A stretch of 64,000 bases of DNA from Candidatus Gottesmanbacteria bacterium RIFCSPHIGHO2_01_FULL_40_15 (GTDB lineage Bacteria; Patescibacteriota; Microgenomatia; 2-02-FULL-39-11): positions 86,491 through 150,490 of the forward strand of contig MFJF01000015.1 in assembly GCA_001779115.1 (NCBI GenBank). The letters run 5' to 3'. The translations under genes were made by a program, and so were the position numbers. The notes under the pieces are model-generated. The model had not been told where the DNA came from. It made no database searches and saw nothing but the letters and a program-made list of their open reading frames with translations. This document shows, one piece after another, positions 38,312 to 46,224 of this stretch. Numbering within the stretch: the stretch's first letter is position 1; each line of letters begins with the position of its first letter.

Positions 38312-39613
38312 ATGGTTACAATGGATAAAATAGTCAGTTTGTGTAAAAGAAGAGGATTTATATTACAAAGCAGCGAGATTTACGGCGGATTGGGATCTTT
38401 CTACGACTACGGTCACTACGGCGTACTTCTTAAAAATAATATTAAAAATCTCTGGTGGCGTGATTATGTTCTTAACAGAAGGGATATTTTCGGTCTTGAT
38501 TCTTCCCTGATACTTCATCCCGATGTTTGGAAAGCTTCCGGCCATCTTTCCTCTTTTACCGATCCTTTAGTTGAATGCAAAAAATGCCGTCGGAGGTTTC
38601 GGGCAGATGATTTGGAGGATGAAAACAGAAAAAACAATATTTGTCCGTCATGTTCCGGAGCATTAACCGGGGAAAAAAGATTTAATCTGATGTTTAAGAC
38701 TTTTATAGGTCCCGTTGAAGATTCAACTTCAGTTGTTTATCTCCGCCCGGAAACCGCCCAGGGAATTTTTGTTAACTTTAAAAATTTCCTATCAACATAC
38801 GGTATGAAAGTGCCGTTCGGAATAGCCCAGATAGGCAAAGCTTTCCGCAATGAAATCACGCCGGGTAATTTTATATTCCGGACACGTGAATTTGAACAGA
38901 TGGAAATTGAATATTTTGTAAAACCGCAAACAGATGAAATTTGGCATAAAAAATGGATCAGAGAAAGATTCGACTGGTATCTTAAATATTCAATTAATGT
39001 GAAAAATCTGCGGTTAAGGGAACACACACCGGACGAATTATCCCATTATTCCAAAGGCACGACTGATATTGAATACCGATTTCCCTGGGGTTGGGGTGAA
39101 CTGGAAGGAATTGCCAACAGGACGGATTTTGATCTTAAAGCCCACCAGAAATACTCAGGAAAAGATCTTACTTATTTTGATGAGGAAAAAAAGAAGAGTT
39201 ATCATCCGTTCGTCATAGAACCATCAGCCGGAGCCGACCGCTCGGTATTGGCTTTTCTGATAGACAGTTTTACCGAAGATGAAAAAAGAATATATCTTAA
39301 GTTGCACCCCTTGATTGCGCCCGTCAAAGCTGCCGTATTTCCTTTGGTATCAAATAAGAAGGAATTGGTTGAATATGCCCGCGATATTTACAGAATGCTT
39401 CAAAATGTATTTATTGTTCACTTTGATGACCGAGGTAATATCGGTAAAAGATACTATTCCCAGGATGAAATAGGCACTCCCTTTTGTATCACTGTTGATT
39501 ATGATACACTTCAGAAAGATTCGGTAACCGTCAGGAACAGGGATACTACCCGGCAGGACAGAGTAAAAAAAGAAAATCTGGTCAGTTTCCTTACGGAGAA
39601 AATATATTCCTAG
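38312..39613 (+). CDS. glyQS: Glycine--tRNA ligase, homodimeric (alpha2) type
   Basis: KRRGF, SEIYGG, LRPETAQG, FRNEITP, FRTREFEQME, ELEGIANR, IEPSAG, DEIGTP. Confidence 0.97.
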   Translation: MVTMDKIVSLCKRRGFILQSSEIYGGLGSFYDYGHYGVLLKNNIKNLWWRDYVLNRRDIFGLDSSLILHPDVWKASGHLSSFTDPLVECKKCRRRFRADDLEDENRKNNICPSCSGALTGEKRFNLMFKTFIGPVEDSTSVVYLRPETAQGIFVNFKNFLSTYGMKVPFGIAQIGKAFRNEITPGNFIFRTREFEQMEIEYFVKPQTDEIWHKKWIRERFDWYLKYSINVKNLRLREHTPDELSHYSKGTTDIEYRFPWGWGELEGIANRTDFDLKAHQKYSGKDLTYFDEEKKKSYHPFVIEPSAGADRSVLAFLIDSFTEDEKRIYLKLHPLIAPVKAAVFPLVSNKKELVEYARDIYRMLQNVFIVHFDDRGNIGKRYYSQDEIGTPFCITVDYDTLQKDSVTVRNRDTTRQDRVKKENLVSFLTEKIYS

Positions 39614-39619
39614 AAAACT

Positions 39620-40069
39620 ATGAAAAAATTTATTATTCCGGGTCTTATTTTTTTCCTGATTTTAACTTCAACCATTTGGGTATTAGCCCGCTCAGGTAAA
39701 AAAGAGAGTGAAGTTGAAATTATCCCCACGCCAACAGTCGTTCTGCCCACCATTACCGATGACATCAAAATCGCACTCACCCCATTAAACAGTAACCGTC
39801 AGGTAGTTCTGAAAATTACCGGAATACCCCAAGATATTGAATCAATCGAATATGAATTGACTTATCTTACCGGGGATGGTTTACCGCGCGGAGTTTTGGG
39901 CCAGATAACCATTGACGGTGAAAGTGAAGTGGAAAGAGATGATATTGTTTTGGGAACCTGCTCAAGCGGCAGATGTGTTTATGATTCCGGGGTGGAATCA
40001 ATTGACTTGTCTTTGAAATTTAACGGCCGTTCCGGAGTCTCTGTTTACCGGAAAACATATAAGTTGTAA
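39620..40069 (+). CDS. Hypothetical membrane-anchored exported protein with a PTPT linker and a Cys pair
   Basis: N-terminal TM, IPTPTVVLPT, GTCSSGRCVYD. Confidence 0.7.
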   Translation: MKKFIIPGLIFFLILTSTIWVLARSGKKESEVEIIPTPTVVLPTITDDIKIALTPLNSNRQVVLKITGIPQDIESIEYELTYLTGDGLPRGVLGQITIDGESEVERDDIVLGTCSSGRCVYDSGVESIDLSLKFNGRSGVSVYRKTYKL

Positions 40070-40091
40070 AATATTAGTTACAAATAACAAA

Positions 40092-41693
40092 ATGATTTAC
40101 GTCTATATTGGTGATACAGCCATAGAGGTAGTTGAAACCAAAAAGCCTTTATTAACGGGTAGCGATAAAATAATCTCCTGTTCCCGAAAAATCCTATCCG
40201 AAAAAATTATTGAAGAAGGAAAAGTCACCGATGAACCCGGATTGATTGACGCGTTAAAAACTGCTTTAAAAAACGCTTATCCGGCAGAAATAAAAAATGG
40301 CGAGGTTGGAGCTGTAATACCGGATTTTAATATTACCGTAAAAAGAATTAATTTTCCGGCACAAACAAAACCGACCACGGAATTAATTCTTAGTGAAGCA
40401 AAAAAATATATTCCGGGCGATATCGCCGGTTATGAAAATTACTACAAGGAAGTAAAATCGGAAAGCGGAGTTCAAATCCTTTATACCGCCATTCCGGTTG
40501 ATTTAATTCTTTCATATGCCTCAATTTTTAAAAAGACCGGCCTCAATCTGACATTTTTATCTTCAACTTCATTTTCCCTTTATGCCCTTTTGCAAAACAG
40601 CGGTATTTTAGGCAGCGGGGTTTATTATGCCGACATTGGTGAAGACATAAAATTGTATCTTATGGATGCTATCGGCCCTTCAGGATTCTGGCATAAAAAA
40701 GTAACCGGCAAAACTTTTGTACCTGACCTCAAAGCTCTACTGAAAAAGGCGGTTGAAGAATCCGGCTTTTCAGGCTTGAGATTATTAATCGGCGGCGAAA
40801 AATCCCTGGAAGTTAATCCCCAGGAACTGACCAAAGCACTGGACACGGACACGTTGAAAATGGGACCGGTCCTGGACGAGATAGTCTCCAAAGAAAAAAT
40901 TAATTTCGATACCGGCGGCGTCCCGAGTGTTTACTTTGATAAAGTCTTGGGACTTATAAATCTGTCAAAGATGGCTGATGTGCCGAATTTTGCCGCTGAT
41001 TTAAAAAGTATCAGCAAAACAGGAAGTGTTGTGCCGGATCCCTCTCAGAAACCATCACTACCTATGGTAGTTGAAGAAGAAAAGGAAGAAAAACCAGAAC
41101 CGGAAGAAGAAAAAGTAAGGGAAATCTCCGAAGAAATAAAAGATACACCGGATGAAATTAAAGTTAAACCTTCTCCACTGATTACCGATAATATTATCGA
41201 ATACAAAAAATCTCCCTGGCAATCCGCCTTCAGCAGCCGTTTCCTGATATTAGGTTTATTCCTGTCAATAGCTCTTATTCTGGGCGGAAGTTTCCTGGTA
41301 ATCGGTCAAAGCGGTTCATTGAAAGTGCCTTTTATCTCATCACCGTCATTAACACCGACACCGACCCAGGTTCCTTCTGTTACCCCGACCCCGACGGTTG
41401 ATCCGAATTTGGAAAGAACTGATGTCACTCTTTCAGTCTTAAACGGTACGGATAAATCCGGCTTTGCCCGTACAGCTGCTGATGAATTGGAAAGTTTAGG
41501 ATATGAAGATATTAATGTCGGCAATGCTGATAAGGATGATTATCCAAAAACTGTAATAAGAATAAAGGATGAATCAAGAAAATACCTTCCGCTTATAATA
41601 AATGATCTGAAAGATAAATTTGACACCTCGACTGTCGAAACCCTCCAGGAAGATTCCCAGTACGACGCCGTTATAGTATTGGGCGCCTCCTGA
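40092..41693 (+). CDS. PilM/FtsA-like actin-fold domain, TM helix, T/P linker and LytR_C domain
   Basis: N-terminal VYIGDTAIEVVE and LIGG, acidic linker, TM, TPTPT repeats, C-terminal VLNGT-x-x-SG-x-A, VGNA, VIVLG. Confidence 0.65.
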   Translation: MIYVYIGDTAIEVVETKKPLLTGSDKIISCSRKILSEKIIEEGKVTDEPGLIDALKTALKNAYPAEIKNGEVGAVIPDFNITVKRINFPAQTKPTTELILSEAKKYIPGDIAGYENYYKEVKSESGVQILYTAIPVDLILSYASIFKKTGLNLTFLSSTSFSLYALLQNSGILGSGVYYADIGEDIKLYLMDAIGPSGFWHKKVTGKTFVPDLKALLKKAVEESGFSGLRLLIGGEKSLEVNPQELTKALDTDTLKMGPVLDEIVSKEKINFDTGGVPSVYFDKVLGLINLSKMADVPNFAADLKSISKTGSVVPDPSQKPSLPMVVEEEKEEKPEPEEEKVREISEEIKDTPDEIKVKPSPLITDNIIEYKKSPWQSAFSSRFLILGLFLSIALILGGSFLVIGQSGSLKVPFISSPSLTPTPTQVPSVTPTPTVDPNLERTDVTLSVLNGTDKSGFARTAADELESLGYEDINVGNADKDDYPKTVIRIKDESRKYLPLIINDLKDKFDTSTVETLQEDSQYDAVIVLGAS

Positions 41694-41706
41694 CATATCC
41701 ACAATG

Positions 41707-43446
41707 CTATTGCCGAGTGTTGTTTCCGGTGATAATTTGTAAGTTATGCTTCGCTTCCTCAAAGTCGGGATTCAGTTTTAAGGCTTCTCGGAACTGCTGC
41801 TCTGCAAGAACTACATTGCCTTCTGAGAAATACAAGTTACCTAGGTTATAATGAAAAGTGGCACTTCTCGGATTTTCCTCTAATGCCTTCTGTAATAATG
41901 TCTGACCTTTTTGTGAGTTGCCGCTTCGTAGATACATGAGAGCGTATGTCTCAATCAAGCTGGCGTCATGAGGAAAGTAGATTAGAAGAGCTTCGTAGTG
42001 CTTTCCCGCACTTTCCCAATCACTCAATCGTTCATACACAGAAGCTAGTTGTTCGTGAATTGCAATATCGTATGCCTCCTGCGATCGAGAGGCCGTTCTC
42101 TGGTTGAGCGCATATGCAGTTTGGAGTTCCCTAACCGCCTCAGATAGTTGATTTTGGTTGGCAAGACTCAGTCCCAAGGCAATACGGGGTCTTACTTTAT
42201 TAGGTGATTTCGCCACAACATCTGACCAAAGCTTATATTCACTGCTCCAGATGTCATTGCGTCTTACTGTTGCAAAAATAAGAAGAGCAAATATCGAGAA
42301 TAGGGCAAAAGTAGCAATATGTCTACGGTTAGGCGTTCCAAGCTTACTGTATATATATGCATATCCAATACTCACGAGGATAAAAAATCCTACAGAAGGA
42401 AGATACACGCGGTGTTCGTTAATGACATCAGTAATGGGTATGATTGTGGATTCGACCAAAAGAGCTATGAAGAAAAATAGCACGCCGAATGCTGCTAATC
42501 GGTTGGTTTTAGAAATTGCAAGAGCACCAGTCAAGATACTTAACAAAAGCAATAGTGAGGCTGTCATATTAGGTTCCAGCAGGGATCGAGAAATGGGGTA
42601 ATCGTAGTCCAGATTCTGTCTTACCGGAAAGATAAGAAGTCTTATGTATGTTCGAATTACATTCAGTTGCGTCAGAATATAATCTGTACGTGATAAAGAA
42701 GGTGTACCGGATGGAAGCGAGATGAGCGCAAGAATATTAGAGTTAGAGATTTCGATCGCTATTAAGTAGGCGGTCAAAGGTATGGCGAAAAAAGGCAGAA
42801 GCAAAACAACCTGTTTTTTCCATGGACGTCCACTTGGAAAAAAAAGTGAAAGCGAAACAAGCGTGATGGGTAAAGTGAATGCAATCTCCTTGCATATTAA
42901 CGTAACCCCCATGGCGATGAATGCGCCGATGTATGGCATCAAACGCAGTTTCTCTCTGGTGGCTTTAAGATACAATAGCATTGTAGAAAGATAGAAAAAG
43001 GCTGCCATCAAGGTAAGACGCTGGGAGACATAAGTTACCGCTTGTGTCTGTATGGGATGTACAAGAAAAAGAACTGCAGCGGTGAAGGGAATAATATGAT
43101 GTGAGACGCTTCCATCAACCTTTAGGTTTCGAGTCTTCAGGATAAGTCGCAGAAGGAAGAAAATTAGCAGTGAGTTTGCTATATGGAGCGTGACATTGAA
43201 CAGGTGGTATCCGAACACGTCCCAACCGCCTATGCGAAAGTTTATGGCAAAACTGTAATAGGGGAGAAATCGTAGGCGGTGAACCTGCAAGTGAGGAATT
43301 ACTTCAAGTTGTGTCGTTAGAGGATTTTTTAGAATGCCGTTAATGTCATCGAAAATAAAGGGAACATGTAGACTGTTGGTGTAAGAAAATATTCCAAACA
43401 GGATAATAATTACAATAAAAACCGTTGAATACGGAAAATTTCTCAT
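41707..43446 (-). CDS. TMTC-like GT-C protein O-mannosyltransferase with C-terminal TPR repeats
   Basis: YTNSL-x-x-PFIFDD, GYHLFN-x-x-LH, HP-x-x-TQAV-x-Y-x-x-QR, KE, LDYDY, EHR-x-YLPS, RN-x-x-W, TPR motifs (HYNLG, ALKLNP, A-x-HNL). Confidence 0.85.
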   Translation of the reverse strand: MRNFPYSTVFIVIIILFGIFSYTNSLHVPFIFDDINGILKNPLTTQLEVIPHLQVHRLRFLPYYSFAINFRIGGWDVFGYHLFNVTLHIANSLLIFFLLRLILKTRNLKVDGSVSHHIIPFTAAVLFLVHPIQTQAVTYVSQRLTLMAAFFYLSTMLLYLKATREKLRLMPYIGAFIAMGVTLICKEIAFTLPITLVSLSLFFPSGRPWKKQVVLLLPFFAIPLTAYLIAIEISNSNILALISLPSGTPSLSRTDYILTQLNVIRTYIRLLIFPVRQNLDYDYPISRSLLEPNMTASLLLLLSILTGALAISKTNRLAAFGVLFFFIALLVESTIIPITDVINEHRVYLPSVGFFILVSIGYAYIYSKLGTPNRRHIATFALFSIFALLIFATVRRNDIWSSEYKLWSDVVAKSPNKVRPRIALGLSLANQNQLSEAVRELQTAYALNQRTASRSQEAYDIAIHEQLASVYERLSDWESAGKHYEALLIYFPHDASLIETYALMYLRSGNSQKGQTLLQKALEENPRSATFHYNLGNLYFSEGNVVLAEQQFREALKLNPDFEEAKHNLQIITGNNTRQ

Positions 43447-43454
43447 GCGGTTAC

Positions 43455-43460
43455 ATTATA
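43455..43460 (-). promoter_or_regulatory. -10 box TATAAT for the TMTC-like gene, probably leaderless
   Basis: ATTATA on + (TATAAT on -), 8 nt upstream of ATG 43446. Confidence 0.5.
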
Positions 43461-43585
43461 CATATAGAGCCTTGATGAGAATGTTATTAAATACTTTTCT
43501 TCAGTAAAAAAAAGTTGTTTTCCGTTTATCAGTCGACAAAAAGACTGAACTATTAAAAAATCTCAGAACAAGTAATCCCGAGGTT

Positions 43586-44374
43586 TTACCGTACGACCAT
43601 TTCTTTCGGAAGCATTGCTTTGATGGATTCTGCAATTTGAAGTGAAACGTCTTTTTTATCGGAAGAGCGGGGAATGAGCGGTTCTCCGATTTGAAGATAA
43701 GGCATCCCGTTTAAGCTTACTGCAATGGCTACAGGCAAAACTTTACCTCCGAATGTTTCAACGGTATCAATTGCAATTTGTCCTGCACCGTGTCGGAGGT
43801 CTGAATCTTTTTTTGTTTGATTTATATTTTCGCCCCAATCTCCTTCCCCGGCCAGAGCTACAATTCCGCCCCGGGCAAGTTGAGAACGAATAGCTGAATT
43901 TACCTTCTTTCTGCCTTCCCGATAATCCGGTCGAAGCTTATTATTGGGAACAAGAAGAATGCGGGTTGTCTCGTCGTCATTAATATTATAAATATAAGCC
44001 AGTTTTTTCATGAAAGATATGCTCCATGGGAAATAAGCATTTTTTTTTGAAGGAATCTCGCCGGCGGCAATTAGAGTAATGTCTTTTCTTCCTGCTATAT
44101 CATCATCCGAGAGAATCGCCAGCAATGTAAAAATCCCTTCTACCAGCACAGGAGTTACCGGATGATTAAAAACAATAAAAACGGAAGTGTTGCCGATATG
44201 ATTCAGATTTTCCTGTCCGAAGATTTGAATTTTATTTTTCATCCGGATTCGGTTTGAATCCTCATACAGATCCCGTTTATTTCCCATATAAAGGGAGTAG
44301 ATTATTTCTCCGGCAAGCTTGGGAGGAAATCGGCTGATTGTTCTGCTAATATCCAACTCCGGTCGCAATCCCAT
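43586..44374 (-). CDS. PlsC/lysophospholipid acyltransferase-like protein (divergent)
   Basis: GQENL, VFNH (block I), LAGEG (block III), GAG-x-IA, VLPVAI, IGEP; the HX4D aspartate is absent. Confidence 0.6.
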   Translation of the reverse strand: MGLRPELDISRTISRFPPKLAGEIIYSLYMGNKRDLYEDSNRIRMKNKIQIFGQENLNHIGNTSVFIVFNHPVTPVLVEGIFTLLAILSDDDIAGRKDITLIAAGEIPSKKNAYFPWSISFMKKLAYIYNINDDETTRILLVPNNKLRPDYREGRKKVNSAIRSQLARGGIVALAGEGDWGENINQTKKDSDLRHGAGQIAIDTVETFGGKVLPVAIAVSLNGMPYLQIGEPLIPRSSDKKDVSLQIAESIKAMLPKEMVVR

Positions 44375-44511
44375 AATTTCCTATAAAGGGCAGGAAATTT
44401 ATTCCAGTATAATACAATAAAAATAAGAAAGATCATACTTCTTCTGAAATTCGATTCCCGATATCTGATGCAGTTTTGCTCCGGATGCGGATTGATTTTA
44501 GTTGTTGCCTC

Positions 44512-44540
44512 TTGACAAATGGCTCCCTGCGTTGCATTAT
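44512..44540 (+). promoter_or_regulatory. Sigma70 promoter of the dcw operon (TTGACA-17 nt-CATTAT)
   Basis: TTGACA 44512-44517, CATTAT 44535-44540, upstream of mraZ. Confidence 0.55.
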
Positions 44541-44574
44541 GGGTATAAATGGTGATAATTGGTGAATATTGTAG
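44540..44574 (+). promoter_or_regulatory. Putative MraZ operator: direct repeats with 10-bp period
   Basis: TGGGT, TGGTG, TGGTG and TGTAG starting at 44540, 44550, 44560 and 44570, separated by AT-rich 5-mers. Confidence 0.7.
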
Positions 44575-44604
44575 ATTTATATCCCTGGTGAGCAAAGTCG
44601 AACC

Positions 44605-45006
44605 ATGTTTTTAGGTACTTTTGAACCGAATTTAATGGAAAAAGGCCGGCTGGCCCTACCCAAGAAAATAAGGGAAGAATTGGGCGGCCGCCGTCTTGTC
44701 CTGACAATCGGATTTGATCATTGTATTTTCGGTTTTACGGAAAAAATGTGGGAGACGGTTACCGGTCCGGAGATGTCCCGGCCGCTTTTTTCCGATAAAG
44801 TCGGCCGTGATCTAAGAAGAAAAATGTTTTCGGAAGCCATAAGCATTGAACTTGACAGTCAGGGCAGATTCGTCATTCCGGCCAATATGATCGATTTTGC
44901 TCAAATTACGGACACGATCAGAATAATAGGCGCCGGTGATCATTTTGAAATCTGGAATAAAAATAAATGGGAGGAGTACCGGGCAGAGATGATTAAAAGT
45001 CAATAG
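44605..45006 (+). CDS. mraZ: Transcriptional regulator MraZ
   Basis: MFLG, KGRLALP, LDSQGRFVIP, GAGDHFEIW; first gene of dcw cluster. Confidence 0.95.
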   Translation: MFLGTFEPNLMEKGRLALPKKIREELGGRRLVLTIGFDHCIFGFTEKMWETVTGPEMSRPLFSDKVGRDLRRKMFSEAISIELDSQGRFVIPANMIDFAQITDTIRIIGAGDHFEIWNKNKWEEYRAEMIKSQ

Positions 45007-45019
45007 AATCATTCTGCCT

Positions 45020-45934
45020 ATGATTGTATCTGAATATCATCGCCCGGTACTTCTCCGCAAAGTCCTTGATCTTTTAAAAATCGAAAAAGGCAGGATCTAC
45101 CTTGACGCTACCGTTGGCGGGGGAGGTTATACCAGGGAAATCTTAAAAAAAGGCGGATTTGTGTTGGCCTTGGATGCCGATATAAACGCGGTTGAGTTTT
45201 TAAGAAAAGATGCTGATCTGGCCGGCTTTTTGGCAAGAGGCGAATTGATTCTGGAAAATGAGAATTTTATACGGGTTGAAGAAATTGCGGATAAACACGG
45301 GATTCAAAAATTTCAGGGAGCCGTCTTTGATCTGGGTCTTTCTTCGTACCAGCTGGATAAGTCCGGAAGGGGGTTTTCCTTCCGTAAAAATGAGCCGCTT
45401 GATATGAGATTTGACACCGGGGGCAGAGTAAAAGCCAGTGACATATTAAATACCTATTCGGAAAAGGAGCTTTATGAAATATTTACGAAATATGCTGAGG
45501 AACTCCATTCTCGGTCAGTTGCTGTTGCTGTTCTTCGCGCCCGTTCCCTGAAGGGAAATATTACAACTACAGGGCAATTGAACGAGATTATCAGGAGTGC
45601 CGTACCGGTTACCAATAAAAAACAGCTGGATAAATCATTAAGAATGATATATCAGGCTCTAAGAATTGCCGTAAACCGGGAATTGGAAAATTTGCTGGAA
45701 GGACTGGAAAATTCCATACACCGGTTGGGGACGGAAGGAAGAATAGCTGTTTTAAGCTACCATTCGTTGGAGGACCGGATAGTTAAAAGACTGTTTGATG
45801 ATTACCGGAAAAAAGCAGTATTAAGAATAATTACCGGCCGGCCGGAAAGACCCGAATGGAATGAAATTAAGGAAAATCGCCGGGCCAAATCGGCCAAGTT
45901 AAGAGTCGGGGAAATGATAACAAACGGTTTATGA
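45020..45934 (+). CDS. rsmH: 16S rRNA m4C1402 methyltransferase
   Basis: HRPVL, DATVGGGG, DLGLSS-x-QLD-x-x-x-RGFSF, LDMR, QALRIAVN, SYHSLEDR, SAKLR. Confidence 0.96.
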   Translation: MIVSEYHRPVLLRKVLDLLKIEKGRIYLDATVGGGGYTREILKKGGFVLALDADINAVEFLRKDADLAGFLARGELILENENFIRVEEIADKHGIQKFQGAVFDLGLSSYQLDKSGRGFSFRKNEPLDMRFDTGGRVKASDILNTYSEKELYEIFTKYAEELHSRSVAVAVLRARSLKGNITTTGQLNEIIRSAVPVTNKKQLDKSLRMIYQALRIAVNRELENLLEGLENSIHRLGTEGRIAVLSYHSLEDRIVKRLFDDYRKKAVLRIITGRPERPEWNEIKENRRAKSAKLRVGEMITNGL

Positions 45935-46218
45935 AAAAAATATTAACATTTTTCAGTTTAATAATGACGGTTATGTTTGTAATATTCAGGGTCGTCATTC
46001 TCAATTATGATTCAACCAAAGGGGTGGAATATGAACTGCTTAATCTGAAATTAAAATCATTGGAAATTGAAAATTCACTTCTTTCACAACGAATCGCATC
46101 TTCATCTTCCATAATCAGTTTATCCCAAAAAGCAAAATTACTGGGTTTTAAATCGGATACGGAAATAGTATCATTATACGGACCCCAACCGTTGGCTGCT
46201 GTTGCCAATACTCTTTAA
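45931..46218 (+). CDS. ftsL: FtsL-like cell division protein
   Basis: TM helix, coiled coil and A-x-x-LG motif; position between rsmH and ftsI. Confidence 0.55.
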   Translation: MKKILTFFSLIMTVMFVIFRVVILNYDSTKGVEYELLNLKLKSLEIENSLLSQRIASSSSIISLSQKAKLLGFKSDTEIVSLYGPQPLAAVANTL

Positions 46219-46224
46219 AAGGGT

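Noticed and set aside
41335-41400. ACACCGACACCGACC/ACCCCGACCCCGAC repeats as a DNA repeat element
   Set aside because: Explained by the encoded Thr-Pro linker
42158-42601. 147-aa plus-strand ORF and the many other 60-140 aa nested or antisense ORFs
   Set aside because: Shadow frames of well-supported genes, with no motifs
41693-43465. ACATAT direct repeat on both sides of the TMTC-like gene as a target-site duplication
   Set aside because: A 6-bp AT-rich match is expected by chance; no transposase or inverted repeats
43529-43548. TCAGTC...GACTGA hairpin as a terminator
   Set aside because: Weak 6-bp stem without an adjacent U-tract on the relevant strand
44540-44574. Short periodic repeats as a mini-CRISPR or iterons
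   Set aside because: 5-bp units with a 10-bp period upstream of mraZ fit an MraZ operator; no spacers or cas/rep genes
44302-44595. 97-aa minus-strand ORF
   Set aside because: Overlaps the mraZ promoter/operator and the plsC-like start; no recognisable motifs
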